From the NCBI GenBank assembly GCA_964550205.1, contig CAZJYD010000006.1, positions 30,725-94,724 on the forward strand: DNA of 64,000 bases, in the 5' to 3' direction. Positions 1-9,995 of the stretch are shown piece by piece. The notes beneath the pieces are model-generated. The model saw only the letters and a program-made list of their open reading frames with translations. It did not search any database and had not been told where the DNA came from. Both the position numbers and the translations under genes were made by a program. Origin of the DNA: an uncultured Bacteroidales bacterium. Lineage in GTDB: Bacteria; Bacteroidota; Bacteroidia; Bacteroidales; JAIOZK01. The stretch's first letter is position 1. Each line of letters starts with the position of its first letter.

Positions 1-409
1 TTGATTGTGCAGAACCAATACCCACTGATAAACCTTGGCCCAATGAGCCTGAAGCAATTCTTACTCCTGGCAATCCCTCATAGGTTGAAGGATGACCCTG
101 TAATCTTGAGCTTATCTTTCTGAAAGTTCCCAGTTCTTTTTTATCGAAGTAACCAGTCCTGGCTAATACACTATAATAAGCCGGTGTAATATGACCATTG
201 GACAGAATAAATACATCTTCCCCTTTTCCATTCATCGTAAAATTACCTGGATTATGCCTTAATACATGAAAATAAAGGGCAACAAAAAAATCGGCACATC
301 CCAAAGACCCTCCGGGATGACCGGATTTAGCATCATGTACCATTCTGATGATATCTCTTCGTACCTGTGTAGATATTTTATTTAAATATTCGTAATCTGG
401 CATAGTCAT
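1..409 (-). CDS. transketolase, N-terminal (TPP-binding) subunit; partial, runs off the window edge
   Basis: Reverse-strand translation from the ATG at 409 reads MTMPDYEYLNKISTQVRRDIIRMVHDAKSGHPGGSLGCADFFVALYFHVL...GHITPAYYSVLARTGYF...LQGHPS...GSLGQGLSVGIG, typical of split transketolase N-terminal halves. It is absent from the ORF track because it is truncated by the edge. Confidence 0.85.
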   Translation of the reverse strand, partial: MTMPDYEYLNKISTQVRRDIIRMVHDAKSGHPGGSLGCADFFVALYFHVLRHNPGNFTMNGKGEDVFILSNGHITPAYYSVLARTGYFDKKELGTFRKISSRLQGHPSTYEGLPGVRIASGSLGQGLSVGIGSAQS

Positions 410-569
410 TTTTTTTCAAAAATAAATTAAATCAATTCGAAAAAAAACAATTGTTAATAAATATGGAAAACTTATCACAATATTTATTTTTTACTATTGC
501 ATTATTCTGATTTAATTCCACTTTTTCCAAAATATATCTAATTTTACAAATTCTTTTAAATCAATCCCA

Positions 570-3551
570 ATGAAAGATAAAAATATAAACTTGCATTTGC
601 CCATTATTTTTATTTTCACAATTATAACGGGTTTTTCTGTTAATTCTTACTCCCAGAATACAATAATTAATAATAACAATTATGCGGATAGCTTATGGGT
701 TGATTCTGTTTTCAATTCATTAAGTACTGATGAAAAAATTGCCCAGTTATTCATGTTACGCGCCAATAATCCTGGAGGAGCTTATTTCGAAGAAGTCAGT
801 GAGTATATCAAAAAATACAATATCGGAGGAATAACATTCTATCGTTCAACACCACATAAGCAAGCCCAACAAACTAACTACTGGCAGAGCATTGCCAAAA
901 CACCACTGCTAATTTCGATAGACGCAGAATACGGACTGGCTATGAGACTTGACAACATTATTTCTTTTCCTTATCAAATAACTCTTGGAGCGATTCAAAA
1001 CGACAGTTTAATATATCTAATGGGAAGAGAAATAGGAAAACAATGCAATTTCATGGGAATACATATGAACTTTGCTCCCGTTGTAGATATCAATAATAAT
1101 CCTGATAATCCTGTTATTAATAGCCGTTCATTTGGTGAAAATCGCTATAATGTTTATTTAAAAGGCAAAGCATATGCAAAGGGATTAAAAAGAGAAAATA
1201 TTATTGCCACAGCTAAGCATTTCCCCGGTCATGGAGATACGGATATTGATTCTCATCTTGACCTTCCGGTTATAGGTTGTGACTATAACAGACTGGATTC
1301 GCTGGAGCTTTTTCCTTTTAGATATTTAATAAAGGATAGTATAGACGCAATAATGACAGCTCATTTATACATTCCCTCCCTCGAAAAAGAAAAAGACAAA
1401 CCTTCTACCTTATCAAGATCAATTGTTACGGAATTACTACGTAATAAACTTGGCTTCGATGGCCTGATAGTTACCGATGCACTTGAAATGAAAGGTGTAA
1501 CAAAATATACCGTCCCCGGAGATATTGAAGTTCAGGCTTTGCTTGCAGGAAATGACATCCTGTTATTACCTGAAGACCTGCCAAAAGCAATGAAAAAAAT
1601 TAAACAGGCATTGAGAAAAGATATTATATCCGAAGAAATGATAAATGATAAATGCAAAAAGATTTTAAAATATAAATACAGGGCTGGCCTTAATAAAAGA
1701 GATACTGTTACAATTAAGAAGGATTTATTAAAAAACATAAATACATCATATGCTAATTATCTCAATAATATATTATATAAAGAAGCAATAACACTGGTAA
1801 AGAATAAAGATCGACTTGTTCCTCTTACTAATATAGATACATTAAAAATTGCATCATTATCAATATCTGAAAACAACAATGATGAGTTTGGTCAATTACT
1901 TAGCCGATACGCAAAAGTTGATGGATTTGCAATTTCCAAAAACTCTTGTAAGAAAGATAAGGAAACAATAATTAATCAACTTAGAGATTATAATGTGATA
2001 ATTATTGCTGTTCGGGGAACAAATATCAGAGCCCGCGAAAATTTCGGGATCACAAAAAATGCAATTGACATAATTGATACTTTGTCCTGTAACAAAAAAG
2101 TAATACTTGATATTTTTGCTAATCCCTATTCATTAGGTTTCCTTGACAACCTTGATAATATTGAATGTATCATTGTTTCATATCAGGATAATTATGAATC
2201 TCAAAATGCATCATCACAGATCATTTTCGGTGGTATACCATCAAAAGGAAAATTGCCAGTTACAGCATCTGAAGAATTCCCATTAAATACAGGATTAAGA
2301 ACACACAAGATAAGACTGGAATATAACTCTCCTGAGGCTTTTAATATTCGACCATCCGACCTCAAAAAGATAGATTCTATCGCCTTATCAGGGATCGAAA
2401 ACGAAGCTTATCCCGGATGCCAGGTATTAGCAGCAAAAAATGGAAAAATCTTTTATAATAAAACTTTTGGTTATCATACTTATGCAAAAACAAATCCTGT
2501 AATGCATGACGATATTTATGACATTGCATCAATAACGAAGATAGCTGCCACTACCCTTGCTATAATGAAACTATATAAGAAAGGAAAATTAGATATTGAT
2601 GACAGGATTGGTAAATACTTACCTTTTTTTAGAAATAGTGAAAAGAATGACATCATCATCCGGGAACTAATGGCACACCAGGCAGGAATGAAAGCATGGA
2701 TACCCTACTATCTCTTTACGCTTGATAAAAACGGGCATCCGGATTCCTTAATATACAGAACAGAAATTTCAGAGGAATATCCTGTAAGGTTAGCAGAAAA
2801 TATTTATATAAAAGAAAATTATGCTTTTAAAATATTCTATAGTATTTTGTTGTCTCCTCCAAATGAGAGCCACGGATATCAATACAGTGATTTAGGGTTT
2901 TACCTTTTATCAAGAATTATTGAAAATGTAACTAACCAACCTTTCGAAGAATATGTGGAAAAAAATTTTTATATCCCCATGGGAATGAGCTCTACAACTT
3001 TTCGCCCCAGAAGAAAATTTGAACTGAATAAAATAGTACCCACCGAAAATGATAAATATTTCAGAATGCAGCTTTTACATGGAGATGTGCATGATCCCGG
3101 TGCAGCAATGTTAGGAGGTGTTTCAGGGCATGCAGGCTTGTTTTCAAATTCAACAGACCTTGCAAAACTTATGTATATGTTATTGCAGAATGGCTATTAC
3201 GGAGGTGAAAAATATCTTGATTCAACCATTATAAATGAATTCACAAAATCACAGTTTCCCTTAAATTTGAACAGACGCGGTATTGGTTTTGATAAACCAC
3301 CTTTTGTTTATGAAAAAGATGGGCCTGTGTGTAAATCTGCCTCAGAAAAAAGTTATGGTCATTCCGGATATACAGGTACTTACGTTTGGGCCGATCCGGA
3401 AGAAGATCTTATCTATGTATTTCTATCCAACAGAATTCATCCCGACGCAAACAATACAAAAATTCTTGATTTAAACATAAGAACTAATCTTCATCAGGCT
3501 ATATATGATGCATTAAAAAATTCAAAAGCTGATCAGTTATTAGATGATTAA
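570..3551 (+). CDS. fusion protein: N-terminal glycoside hydrolase family 3 (NagZ-like) domain plus C-terminal serine beta-lactamase/PBP-fold hydrolase domain
   Basis: Hydrophobic signal-like N terminus. GH3 motifs KHFPGHGDTDIDSHLDLP and IVTDALEM. The C-terminal half has SxxK (ASITK), a Y-S-D triad (YQYSDLG) and HSGYTGT, matching the class C beta-lactamase fold. Confidence 0.8.
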   Translation: MKDKNINLHLPIIFIFTIITGFSVNSYSQNTIINNNNYADSLWVDSVFNSLSTDEKIAQLFMLRANNPGGAYFEEVSEYIKKYNIGGITFYRSTPHKQAQQTNYWQSIAKTPLLISIDAEYGLAMRLDNIISFPYQITLGAIQNDSLIYLMGREIGKQCNFMGIHMNFAPVVDINNNPDNPVINSRSFGENRYNVYLKGKAYAKGLKRENIIATAKHFPGHGDTDIDSHLDLPVIGCDYNRLDSLELFPFRYLIKDSIDAIMTAHLYIPSLEKEKDKPSTLSRSIVTELLRNKLGFDGLIVTDALEMKGVTKYTVPGDIEVQALLAGNDILLLPEDLPKAMKKIKQALRKDIISEEMINDKCKKILKYKYRAGLNKRDTVTIKKDLLKNINTSYANYLNNILYKEAITLVKNKDRLVPLTNIDTLKIASLSISENNNDEFGQLLSRYAKVDGFAISKNSCKKDKETIINQLRDYNVIIIAVRGTNIRARENFGITKNAIDIIDTLSCNKKVILDIFANPYSLGFLDNLDNIECIIVSYQDNYESQNASSQIIFGGIPSKGKLPVTASEEFPLNTGLRTHKIRLEYNSPEAFNIRPSDLKKIDSIALSGIENEAYPGCQVLAAKNGKIFYNKTFGYHTYAKTNPVMHDDIYDIASITKIAATTLAIMKLYKKGKLDIDDRIGKYLPFFRNSEKNDIIIRELMAHQAGMKAWIPYYLFTLDKNGHPDSLIYRTEISEEYPVRLAENIYIKENYAFKIFYSILLSPPNESHGYQYSDLGFYLLSRIIENVTNQPFEEYVEKNFYIPMGMSSTTFRPRRKFELNKIVPTENDKYFRMQLLHGDVHDPGAAMLGGVSGHAGLFSNSTDLAKLMYMLLQNGYYGGEKYLDSTIINEFTKSQFPLNLNRRGIGFDKPPFVYEKDGPVCKSASEKSYGHSGYTGTYVWADPEEDLIYVFLSNRIHPDANNTKILDLNIRTNLHQAIYDALKNSKADQLLDD

Positions 3552-4443
3552 AATCCGTCAACATAAATCGGAAAAAAGGAATTTATTTCTAGTTACATTA
3601 CTGAATTTTATTATTTCAGCAGCCGAAATAGCTGGTGGGATATTCTCTAACAGTCTTTCACTTATTTCCGATGCATTTCATAATATCGGCGACGGACTGG
3701 CGGTACTTATTGCATACATAGCAGTAAAAGTAAGTAAAAAAGATTCTGATTACAAAAAAACCTTCGGTTACAAAAGAATACAAATACTGGCTGCTTTATT
3801 TAATTCTGTAGTTCTAATTGTTATAAGCATCTATCTTATTTATAAGGCTTATAACCGTTTTATTGATCCGGAACCGGTTAAAAGCCTGCCCATGATTATT
3901 GTTGCATTTATTGGCCTTGCAGCAAATATTATAAGTGTTTTCTTATTAAGAAAATATTCAAAAGGTAACCTTAACATTAAATCAGCTTATCTTCATCTGA
4001 TTAGTGATACATTATCTTCTTTTTCAGTAATCATTGGAGGAATATTAATTTACTTTTTTAAGGTTTTTTGGATAGATCCATTGATCACTGTTATTATAAG
4101 TATTTATCTTATTAAAGAGACCATCAAAATCCTTCTTGAAACATTTAATATTTTGATGCAAGCCGCACCTAAAAACATAAATATTCCCGATATACAAAAG
4201 AAATTAACTGAAATACCTGAAATTAAAGGAATACACCATGTACATATCTGGAAGCTAAGCGACAAGGACATCCTTTTTGAAGCTCATGTTGATCTGATCA
4301 ATGATTTTACAGTTAGCGAAAGTGAAATAATTTTGCATAAAGCTGAAGAGTTATTAAATAAAGAATTTGGTATAACTCACGTTACTTTACAGATGGAGTA
4401 TGACTTTTGTGATGATAAAAACCTAATTTACAAAGCTTACTAA
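3544..4443 (+). CDS. cation diffusion facilitator (CDF) family metal efflux transporter
   Basis: Six predicted TM helices. Metal-site motifs SDAFHNIGD and HLISDTLSS. C-terminal cytoplasmic domain (IHHVHIWKLS). Overlaps the upstream gene by 8 nt. Confidence 0.85.
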   Translation: MIKIRQHKSEKRNLFLVTLLNFIISAAEIAGGIFSNSLSLISDAFHNIGDGLAVLIAYIAVKVSKKDSDYKKTFGYKRIQILAALFNSVVLIVISIYLIYKAYNRFIDPEPVKSLPMIIVAFIGLAANIISVFLLRKYSKGNLNIKSAYLHLISDTLSSFSVIIGGILIYFFKVFWIDPLITVIISIYLIKETIKILLETFNILMQAAPKNINIPDIQKKLTEIPEIKGIHHVHIWKLSDKDILFEAHVDLINDFTVSESEIILHKAEELLNKEFGITHVTLQMEYDFCDDKNLIYKAY

Positions 4444-4487
4444 TATAATGTTTAGTAAGTTATGATTATAAAATATATAAAATAAGC

Positions 4488-5303
4488 ATGGGTAATAGAA
4501 CCAAATCAATATTTCTATGGATATTATCGTTTTTTTTGATGATAGGAGTAGCTGTTTATCAGAGATTAACAGGCCCTACCTATCCGGTTGAAGGACAAAG
4601 AGAAATTGGTAAAGATGCTGTAACCTTCTATTTACCAACTTCTCATGTTACAGACCATGATGCCGTTATAAAAGTATATGCACCTAATAAAAACATAAAA
4701 GGCCACTTTATTTATAAACGGTATAAAAGTTATGATACATTAAAAACAGTTGAAATGACAAGACGGCAGGATACATTATTCGCAAATATACCTAAGCAAC
4801 CTGCTGCCGGAAAAGTGATTTATGAAATAAAAATAATTAAAGAAAACACTGTATACGATCTAACAGAAGAACCAGTAATTATAAGGTTCAAAGGCCATGT
4901 ACCAATTTATATCTTAATTCCACACATTATCTTTATCTTCAGTGCAATGGTGTTATCTACACGAACAGGTTTGGAAGCTTTAACCAAAGGTTCGTACACT
5001 TTTTTATACACTAAAATAACACTTGTTTTATTGTTCCTTGGTGGCCTTATTTTTGGTCCGTTGGTTCAAAAGTATGCTTTCGATGCATTTTGGACAGGCT
5101 GGCCCGTAGGTCACGACTTGACTGATAATAAAACAATAGTTTCTTTTATATTTTGGTTAACTGCTTTTTTCAAATTAAGAAAGAATAAAGAAAACAGAAC
5201 ATGGCCAATTATTGCATCAGTTATGTTATTAATAATTTTTTTAATACCTCATAGTTTGCTTGGTTCTGAAATTGATTACAGGAAAACACAAAACATTGAA
5301 TAA
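4488..5303 (+). CDS. conserved-looking integral membrane protein, function unknown
   Basis: 271-aa ORF with an N-terminal TM helix, a soluble ~120-aa domain, then 4-5 TM helices. No motif recognised. Confidence 0.55.
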   Translation: MGNRTKSIFLWILSFFLMIGVAVYQRLTGPTYPVEGQREIGKDAVTFYLPTSHVTDHDAVIKVYAPNKNIKGHFIYKRYKSYDTLKTVEMTRRQDTLFANIPKQPAAGKVIYEIKIIKENTVYDLTEEPVIIRFKGHVPIYILIPHIIFIFSAMVLSTRTGLEALTKGSYTFLYTKITLVLLFLGGLIFGPLVQKYAFDAFWTGWPVGHDLTDNKTIVSFIFWLTAFFKLRKNKENRTWPIIASVMLLIIFLIPHSLLGSEIDYRKTQNIE

Positions 5304-5318
5304 ACAAAACTTTTAATT

Positions 5319-5924
5319 ATGACATATGCAATTATAGCAATCACAGTAATTATTTCAATACTTGCATTTAATAACAGAGAAATATTTAACAAACTTCAAT
5401 TTAATGCATATGTAATAAAATACCGTAAAGAAGCCTGGCGTTTTTTTACTTATGGTTTAATACATGCAGGGTGGATACATCTCTTTATAAATATGTTTGT
5501 CCTTTATTCATTTGGCAGGACTGTTGAAAAAACTTTTGCTATAATATTCGATATCAAAGGCTATTTCTATTTTTTAATATTGTACGTTGGAGGTATAATA
5601 TTTTCCATACTATTCGACTTCAAAAAACATAAGGGGGATATTTATTATAATGCCGTTGGTGCTTCAGGCGCCGTTTCTGCTGTAGTATTTTCAAGTATTT
5701 TTATTTACCCTACCGGTTCTATTTATCTTTTTCTGATTCCCATACCAATTCCTTCTGTAGTGTTCGGGATACTTTATCTTATCTACTCAGCATACATGTC
5801 AAAGAGAGCTTCAGATAATATAGGTCATTCGGCGCATTTCTGGGGAGCTGTATTTGGAATATTATTTACAATAATACTAAAACCTGATTTGGTTAATAAC
5901 TTCTGGCATCAGATTTTTGGTTAA
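5319..5924 (+). CDS. rhomboid family intramembrane serine protease
   Basis: Multi-TM protein with the catalytic-serine motif GASGAVSAV and a downstream histidine motif HSAHFWGA. WRFFTYGLIH region typical of rhomboids. Confidence 0.8.
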   Translation: MTYAIIAITVIISILAFNNREIFNKLQFNAYVIKYRKEAWRFFTYGLIHAGWIHLFINMFVLYSFGRTVEKTFAIIFDIKGYFYFLILYVGGIIFSILFDFKKHKGDIYYNAVGASGAVSAVVFSSIFIYPTGSIYLFLIPIPIPSVVFGILYLIYSAYMSKRASDNIGHSAHFWGAVFGILFTIILKPDLVNNFWHQIFG

Positions 5925-5931
5925 AAGGATA

Positions 5932-6522
5932 TTAATTCAATGTAGGATCTGCAGGGAAATTAGGCCAAAAGGAATATTCATCACCAAGAACCTTTAATGA
6001 AGTGCTCCATAATTTGGTTGGGTCTGTTTTCAATAATTCTTTTGAAGGCATCTTTGATACAACCCATGAATTTTTATCCAGTTCCCCATCAAGCTGTTTT
6101 GAAGCCCAACCTGAGTATCCAATATAGAACCTTATATCTTTAGGATCAAGAATTTTTAAATTTATCATTTCTTTGATCTGCTCAATTTCACCTCCCCAAT
6201 ACAATCCTTCTTGTATTTCAGCACTATTATCGATTTTTTCACCAAGGGTGTGGATAAAGAATAAGCTGTCATTTTTTACAGGGCCTCCAAGAAACAATGG
6301 TGCATTAAATTCAGGAAAATCCTTTACTATTTCATTGAATTTAGCTTTAATAGGCTTATTCATAATAATTCCAAATGAACCCTCCTCATTATGTTCAGCA
6401 AGCAAAACTACTGAGCGTTTAAAATAGTAATCCAGAAGAAAAGGCTCCGAAATCAACAACTTTCCCTTTCCGGGAGCAATGTCATTAGTTTTAATTGTTA
6501 AGAGATCATTTAAATTAATCAT
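5932..6522 (-). CDS. YqgE/AlgH family protein (UPF0301)
   Basis: LLISEPFLLDYYFKRSVVLLAEHNEEGSFGIIMNKP and GGPV...FFIH...GYSGW segments match the family pattern. Confidence 0.8.
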   Translation of the reverse strand: MINLNDLLTIKTNDIAPGKGKLLISEPFLLDYYFKRSVVLLAEHNEEGSFGIIMNKPIKAKFNEIVKDFPEFNAPLFLGGPVKNDSLFFIHTLGEKIDNSAEIQEGLYWGGEIEQIKEMINLKILDPKDIRFYIGYSGWASKQLDGELDKNSWVVSKMPSKELLKTDPTKLWSTSLKVLGDEYSFWPNFPADPTLN

Positions 6523-6575
6523 ACCTTTTGATGATAAAAATTAATAATTGATTACTAATTTTGACCAATGATATA

Positions 6576-7973
6576 ATGACAAAAATAATACCAAATTGTA
6601 TGTTTGTAAAGGATAATTCCGATAAATATAATTTACTGAGAAAGAATTATTCTTATTTCGTCTTTGAAAACTTCGAAATCAAAAATAATGACTCCTCTTT
6701 AATTGTTAATTATAATTTTAATCTTGACAATAAATTCAAGTTCAACCATATAATAAAATTCCCAAAAAGGGATATTATTTCCAATATCGTATCAAATGAG
6801 GAAGAATTATCTTCGCTTTTTTTTCACCTTGGTATGATTGAACTAATAAGTTATTGGAAAGCTGCCTGCCCACCGAAATTGATTATAAAACCCTATGAGC
6901 TAACTACAGAACAAATCACATGGTGGAAAAAATTATACTACAAAGGCCTTGGAGAATTTTTCCACACAAACAAAATTTCACCTGATTATAACGAGTTCAT
7001 TAGTATTTATTCTATTGGCTCTCAGAAACCTGATAAATTGTTGATTAAACCACAGGATAAAACTATCGTACCGGTTGGTGGAGGAAAAGATTCTGTGGTA
7101 ACACTTGAAATATTAAAAAATGCCGGTATTGAAATTATTCAAATGTTGATCAATCCGCTAAAATCACAACAAGAAACTATTAAAAATGCCGGTCTGGCAT
7201 CTGAGAATTGTGTTATCATAAAACGCTATATCGATTCTCTGTTATTAAAGTTAAATGATAAAGGATTTCTTAACGGACATATACCATTTTCTGCTGTTGT
7301 GGCATTTATTGGCTTGATATCTTCTTACATTACCAAATCAAAATATATTGCATTGTCAAACGAAAGTAGTGCCAACGAACCAACTATTCCAGATACATCA
7401 ATAAATCATCAATATTCCAAATCATATGAATTTGAGAAAGATTTTCGAAACTATGTACAAGAATATATTTGTGATAACATTGAATATTTCAGTTTTCTCA
7501 GGCCTTTGAATGAACTTCAAATAGCCAAGATATTCTCAATTTTCAAGAAACATTTTAGTTCTTTCAGAAGCTGTAATGTTGGAAGTAAAAAAAACAAATG
7601 GTGTGGAGAATGTTCCAAATGCCTTTTTACTTACATAATTCTTTCACCCTTTGTTTCAAAGAAAGAACTTGCTGATATTTTTAATAAGAACATGCTGGAC
7701 GACATAAACTTAAAAAATACATTTGATCAATTAATAGGATTAACAAAAGAAAAACCTTTCGAATGTGTTGGAACAAAGAATGAAATAAATGCAGCTTTAA
7801 GCAAGTTGATCTTTAATAATGATAATAAACTTCCATATTTGCTCAGTTATTATAAAAATACTAGTAATAAACAATATATTGACAATTTAGAACAACTTCT
7901 CAATGATTATGATGAAAAAAACTTTTTACCAACAAAATTCAAAAACCTTTTAAGGAACACAATCAAATGGTAG
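6576..7973 (+). CDS. MurL-like protein (candidate UDP-MurNAc-L-Ala-L-Glu epimerase); PP-loop-like ATP-binding motif
   Basis: ~465-aa ORF whose stop overlaps the start of a MurD-family ligase by 7 nt. Contains VPVGGGKDSVVT (SGGxDS-like PP-loop) and a CGECSKC motif. Assignment rests on gene context and size, not a search. The track start at 6561 is TTG; the first ATG is at 6576. Confidence 0.45.
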   Translation: MTKIIPNCMFVKDNSDKYNLLRKNYSYFVFENFEIKNNDSSLIVNYNFNLDNKFKFNHIIKFPKRDIISNIVSNEEELSSLFFHLGMIELISYWKAACPPKLIIKPYELTTEQITWWKKLYYKGLGEFFHTNKISPDYNEFISIYSIGSQKPDKLLIKPQDKTIVPVGGGKDSVVTLEILKNAGIEIIQMLINPLKSQQETIKNAGLASENCVIIKRYIDSLLLKLNDKGFLNGHIPFSAVVAFIGLISSYITKSKYIALSNESSANEPTIPDTSINHQYSKSYEFEKDFRNYVQEYICDNIEYFSFLRPLNELQIAKIFSIFKKHFSSFRSCNVGSKKNKWCGECSKCLFTYIILSPFVSKKELADIFNKNMLDDINLKNTFDQLIGLTKEKPFECVGTKNEINAALSKLIFNNDNKLPYLLSYYKNTSNKQYIDNLEQLLNDYDEKNFLPTKFKNLLRNTIKW

Positions 7974-9343
7974 AGCTGAAAGAAATTTTTAATAAATATA
8001 AAAAAATACTCATCCTTGGATTTGGTAAAGAAGGTAAATCCACGTACCGATTTATAAGAAAAAATCTACCGGACAAGAAACTTGTTATAGCTGACAAAAA
8101 CAAAAATATTATTTCACAAAATAAAATCCTGACTACCGACAAATTGCTAAATTTCAGTTTAGGAGAGAATTATCTTAAAAATTTGGATAATTATGATCTT
8201 ATATTAAAATCACCAGGGATTCCTGTAAAAAATATTAAAAGTATAATTGGCAAGGTCGACTCACAAACAAGCATTTTCCTGAAACATTTTCACAACATAA
8301 CGATTGGAATAACAGGTACCAAAGGAAAAAGCACCACATGCTCGCTTCTCTATAATATACTTAAAACGAATAAGGATCAAGTTGTTCTGGCAGGAAATAT
8401 AGGTATTCCTCCTTTTGATGCTATAGAAAAGATCAAACAAAATACAAATATTATATTTGAATTATCGTCACATCAGCTTGAATTGATTAACAAGTCTCCA
8501 TATTTTTCTGTAATTCTAAATCTTTTTGATGAGCATCTTGATCATTTTGAATCAACAGAGGAATATTTTAATTCAAAGCTTAATATTACCAGATTTCAAA
8601 ACAGTAATGATCTACTGGTTGCTAACAATGATGGAGATGCTTTAAAATCTTTGTTAAAAAAAATAAATCCTTTGTCCCAAACTTATAAATTCTCTTGCAA
8701 GAAGATACAAAAACCGGGCTGCTATATTTATCAAGGGTATTATTATTTCCGAAGACCAAACAATGAACCTGAAAAACTTTTTAAAATAATTAATAACAAT
8801 TCACTCATTGGAAATCATAACTTACAAAATATACTGGCAGTAATTTGCTGTGCCAAATTACTAAACATTCCTGATAATAAAATACAGGATGGAATTGTGA
8901 ATTTTAAAGGTCTTGAACACCGGCTTGAATATGTGGGTCGTTATCATAATATCGATTTTTACAATGATTCTATCGCAACAGTACCTGAGGCAACTATTGC
9001 TGCAATTGAATCTCTTAAAAATGTTGATACGATTATACTTGGTGGTTATGACAGGGGTATTGATTACACAAAATTTGTCAATTATTTAAAACATTGCAAA
9101 ATAAGAAACATGATTTTTACAGGTCCTGCCGGAAAGAGAATGCACGAATTATTAAGATATAACAGAATAAAAAATAAGAACTTATTTATACCAGACCAAT
9201 TTGAAAAAATAGGAAGTATCATTATTAAACAAAGTGGTAAAAATTCTGTTTGTTTGCTTTCACCTGCTGCGGCTAGTTATGACCAGTTTTCTAATTTTGA
9301 AGAAAGAGGTAACTTATTTAAAAAAATAGCAAGAAGTCTCTGA
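7967..9343 (+). CDS. murD: Mur ligase family protein, MurD-like (candidate MurD2, UDP-MurNAc-L-Ala:L-Glu ligase)
   Basis: N-terminal Rossmann-like ILILGFGKEGKS. Mur ligase P-loop GITGTKGKSTT. C-terminal GLEHRLE and SPAAASYDQF motifs typical of MurD. Confidence 0.75.
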   Translation: MVELKEIFNKYKKILILGFGKEGKSTYRFIRKNLPDKKLVIADKNKNIISQNKILTTDKLLNFSLGENYLKNLDNYDLILKSPGIPVKNIKSIIGKVDSQTSIFLKHFHNITIGITGTKGKSTTCSLLYNILKTNKDQVVLAGNIGIPPFDAIEKIKQNTNIIFELSSHQLELINKSPYFSVILNLFDEHLDHFESTEEYFNSKLNITRFQNSNDLLVANNDGDALKSLLKKINPLSQTYKFSCKKIQKPGCYIYQGYYYFRRPNNEPEKLFKIINNNSLIGNHNLQNILAVICCAKLLNIPDNKIQDGIVNFKGLEHRLEYVGRYHNIDFYNDSIATVPEATIAAIESLKNVDTIILGGYDRGIDYTKFVNYLKHCKIRNMIFTGPAGKRMHELLRYNRIKNKNLFIPDQFEKIGSIIIKQSGKNSVCLLSPAAASYDQFSNFEERGNLFKKIARSL

Positions 9344-9380
9344 CCTTATTGCAATTAAAAGTTTTTAATAATGAATGATG

Positions 9381-9839
9381 CTATTTGCTTTCTTTTTCTT
9401 TAGTTGCTCCTGTTGTTTTTTTCTTTGGTTTTGTTCCCGATTTAGTATCTTTAGCAGAGTCTGATTTTGAAGCTGATGGTTTGCTGACTTTTTTAGTCCT
9501 TTTCTTTGTTTCTGATTTATCTTTCACTATCTCATCAGTTTCTTTTGTTTCCGGTATTTGCTTTTTTACAGATTCCGGTTTATCTGCTTTTTTATCTTTC
9601 CGCTCAACCTGTTTTTTATCTTTTGCAGCTTTTGCAACTTTTTCTTTGGATTTCTTTGTTACTTCTGCTGCTTTTTTCTTTTCTGGTTCTTCTTTATCAG
9701 CTATTTTTACCTTTTTCTCTTTTGCTTCAACTTTAGAATCAAAAGCATCCTTTTTCTTGTGCTTTTTTCTTGGTCTTCTTACACCATATGAACCTTTATA
9801 AATTTTACCACGTTTAGTTTTACTGTCTCCTTTTCCCAT
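9381..9839 (-). CDS. ribosomal protein bTHX homologue with a long lysine/glutamate-rich C-terminal extension
   Basis: The N terminus MGKGDSKTKRGKIYKGSYGVRRPRKK aligns by eye with Thermus THX ([25 protein letters not shown]). The ORF stays open for ~120 further K/E/S/T-rich codons. Confidence 0.7.
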   Translation of the reverse strand: MGKGDSKTKRGKIYKGSYGVRRPRKKHKKKDAFDSKVEAKEKKVKIADKEEPEKKKAAEVTKKSKEKVAKAAKDKKQVERKDKKADKPESVKKQIPETKETDEIVKDKSETKKRTKKVSKPSASKSDSAKDTKSGTKPKKKTTGATKEKESK

Positions 9840-9968
9840 ATTTAATCATTTTTGGTTTTAAAAAAATAAAATTAATAATAATTTAGCATTATTTTAATAA
9901 ATGATACATTCAAAATACATATGCATTAAAAAATCTATTTCCGGATTTAATATATCATCAAAAAAACA

Positions 9969-9976
9969 TACTTTTG
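9969..9976 (+). promoter_or_regulatory. Bacteroidota-type -7 promoter box (TACTTTTG)
   Basis: Matches TAnnTTTG, 19 nt upstream of the ATG at 9996. Confidence 0.45.
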
Positions 9977-9995
9977 CACGGTAAATTTTAAAACT

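Noticed and set aside
9385-9801. Three plus-strand ORFs (138, 76 and 77 aa) rich in F/L/S, opposite the THX gene
   Set aside because: They are antisense shadows of the lysine-rich (AAA/AAG/GAA) coding strand. They consist of poly-Phe/Leu low-complexity sequence, and the minus-strand ORF has a recognisable THX N terminus.
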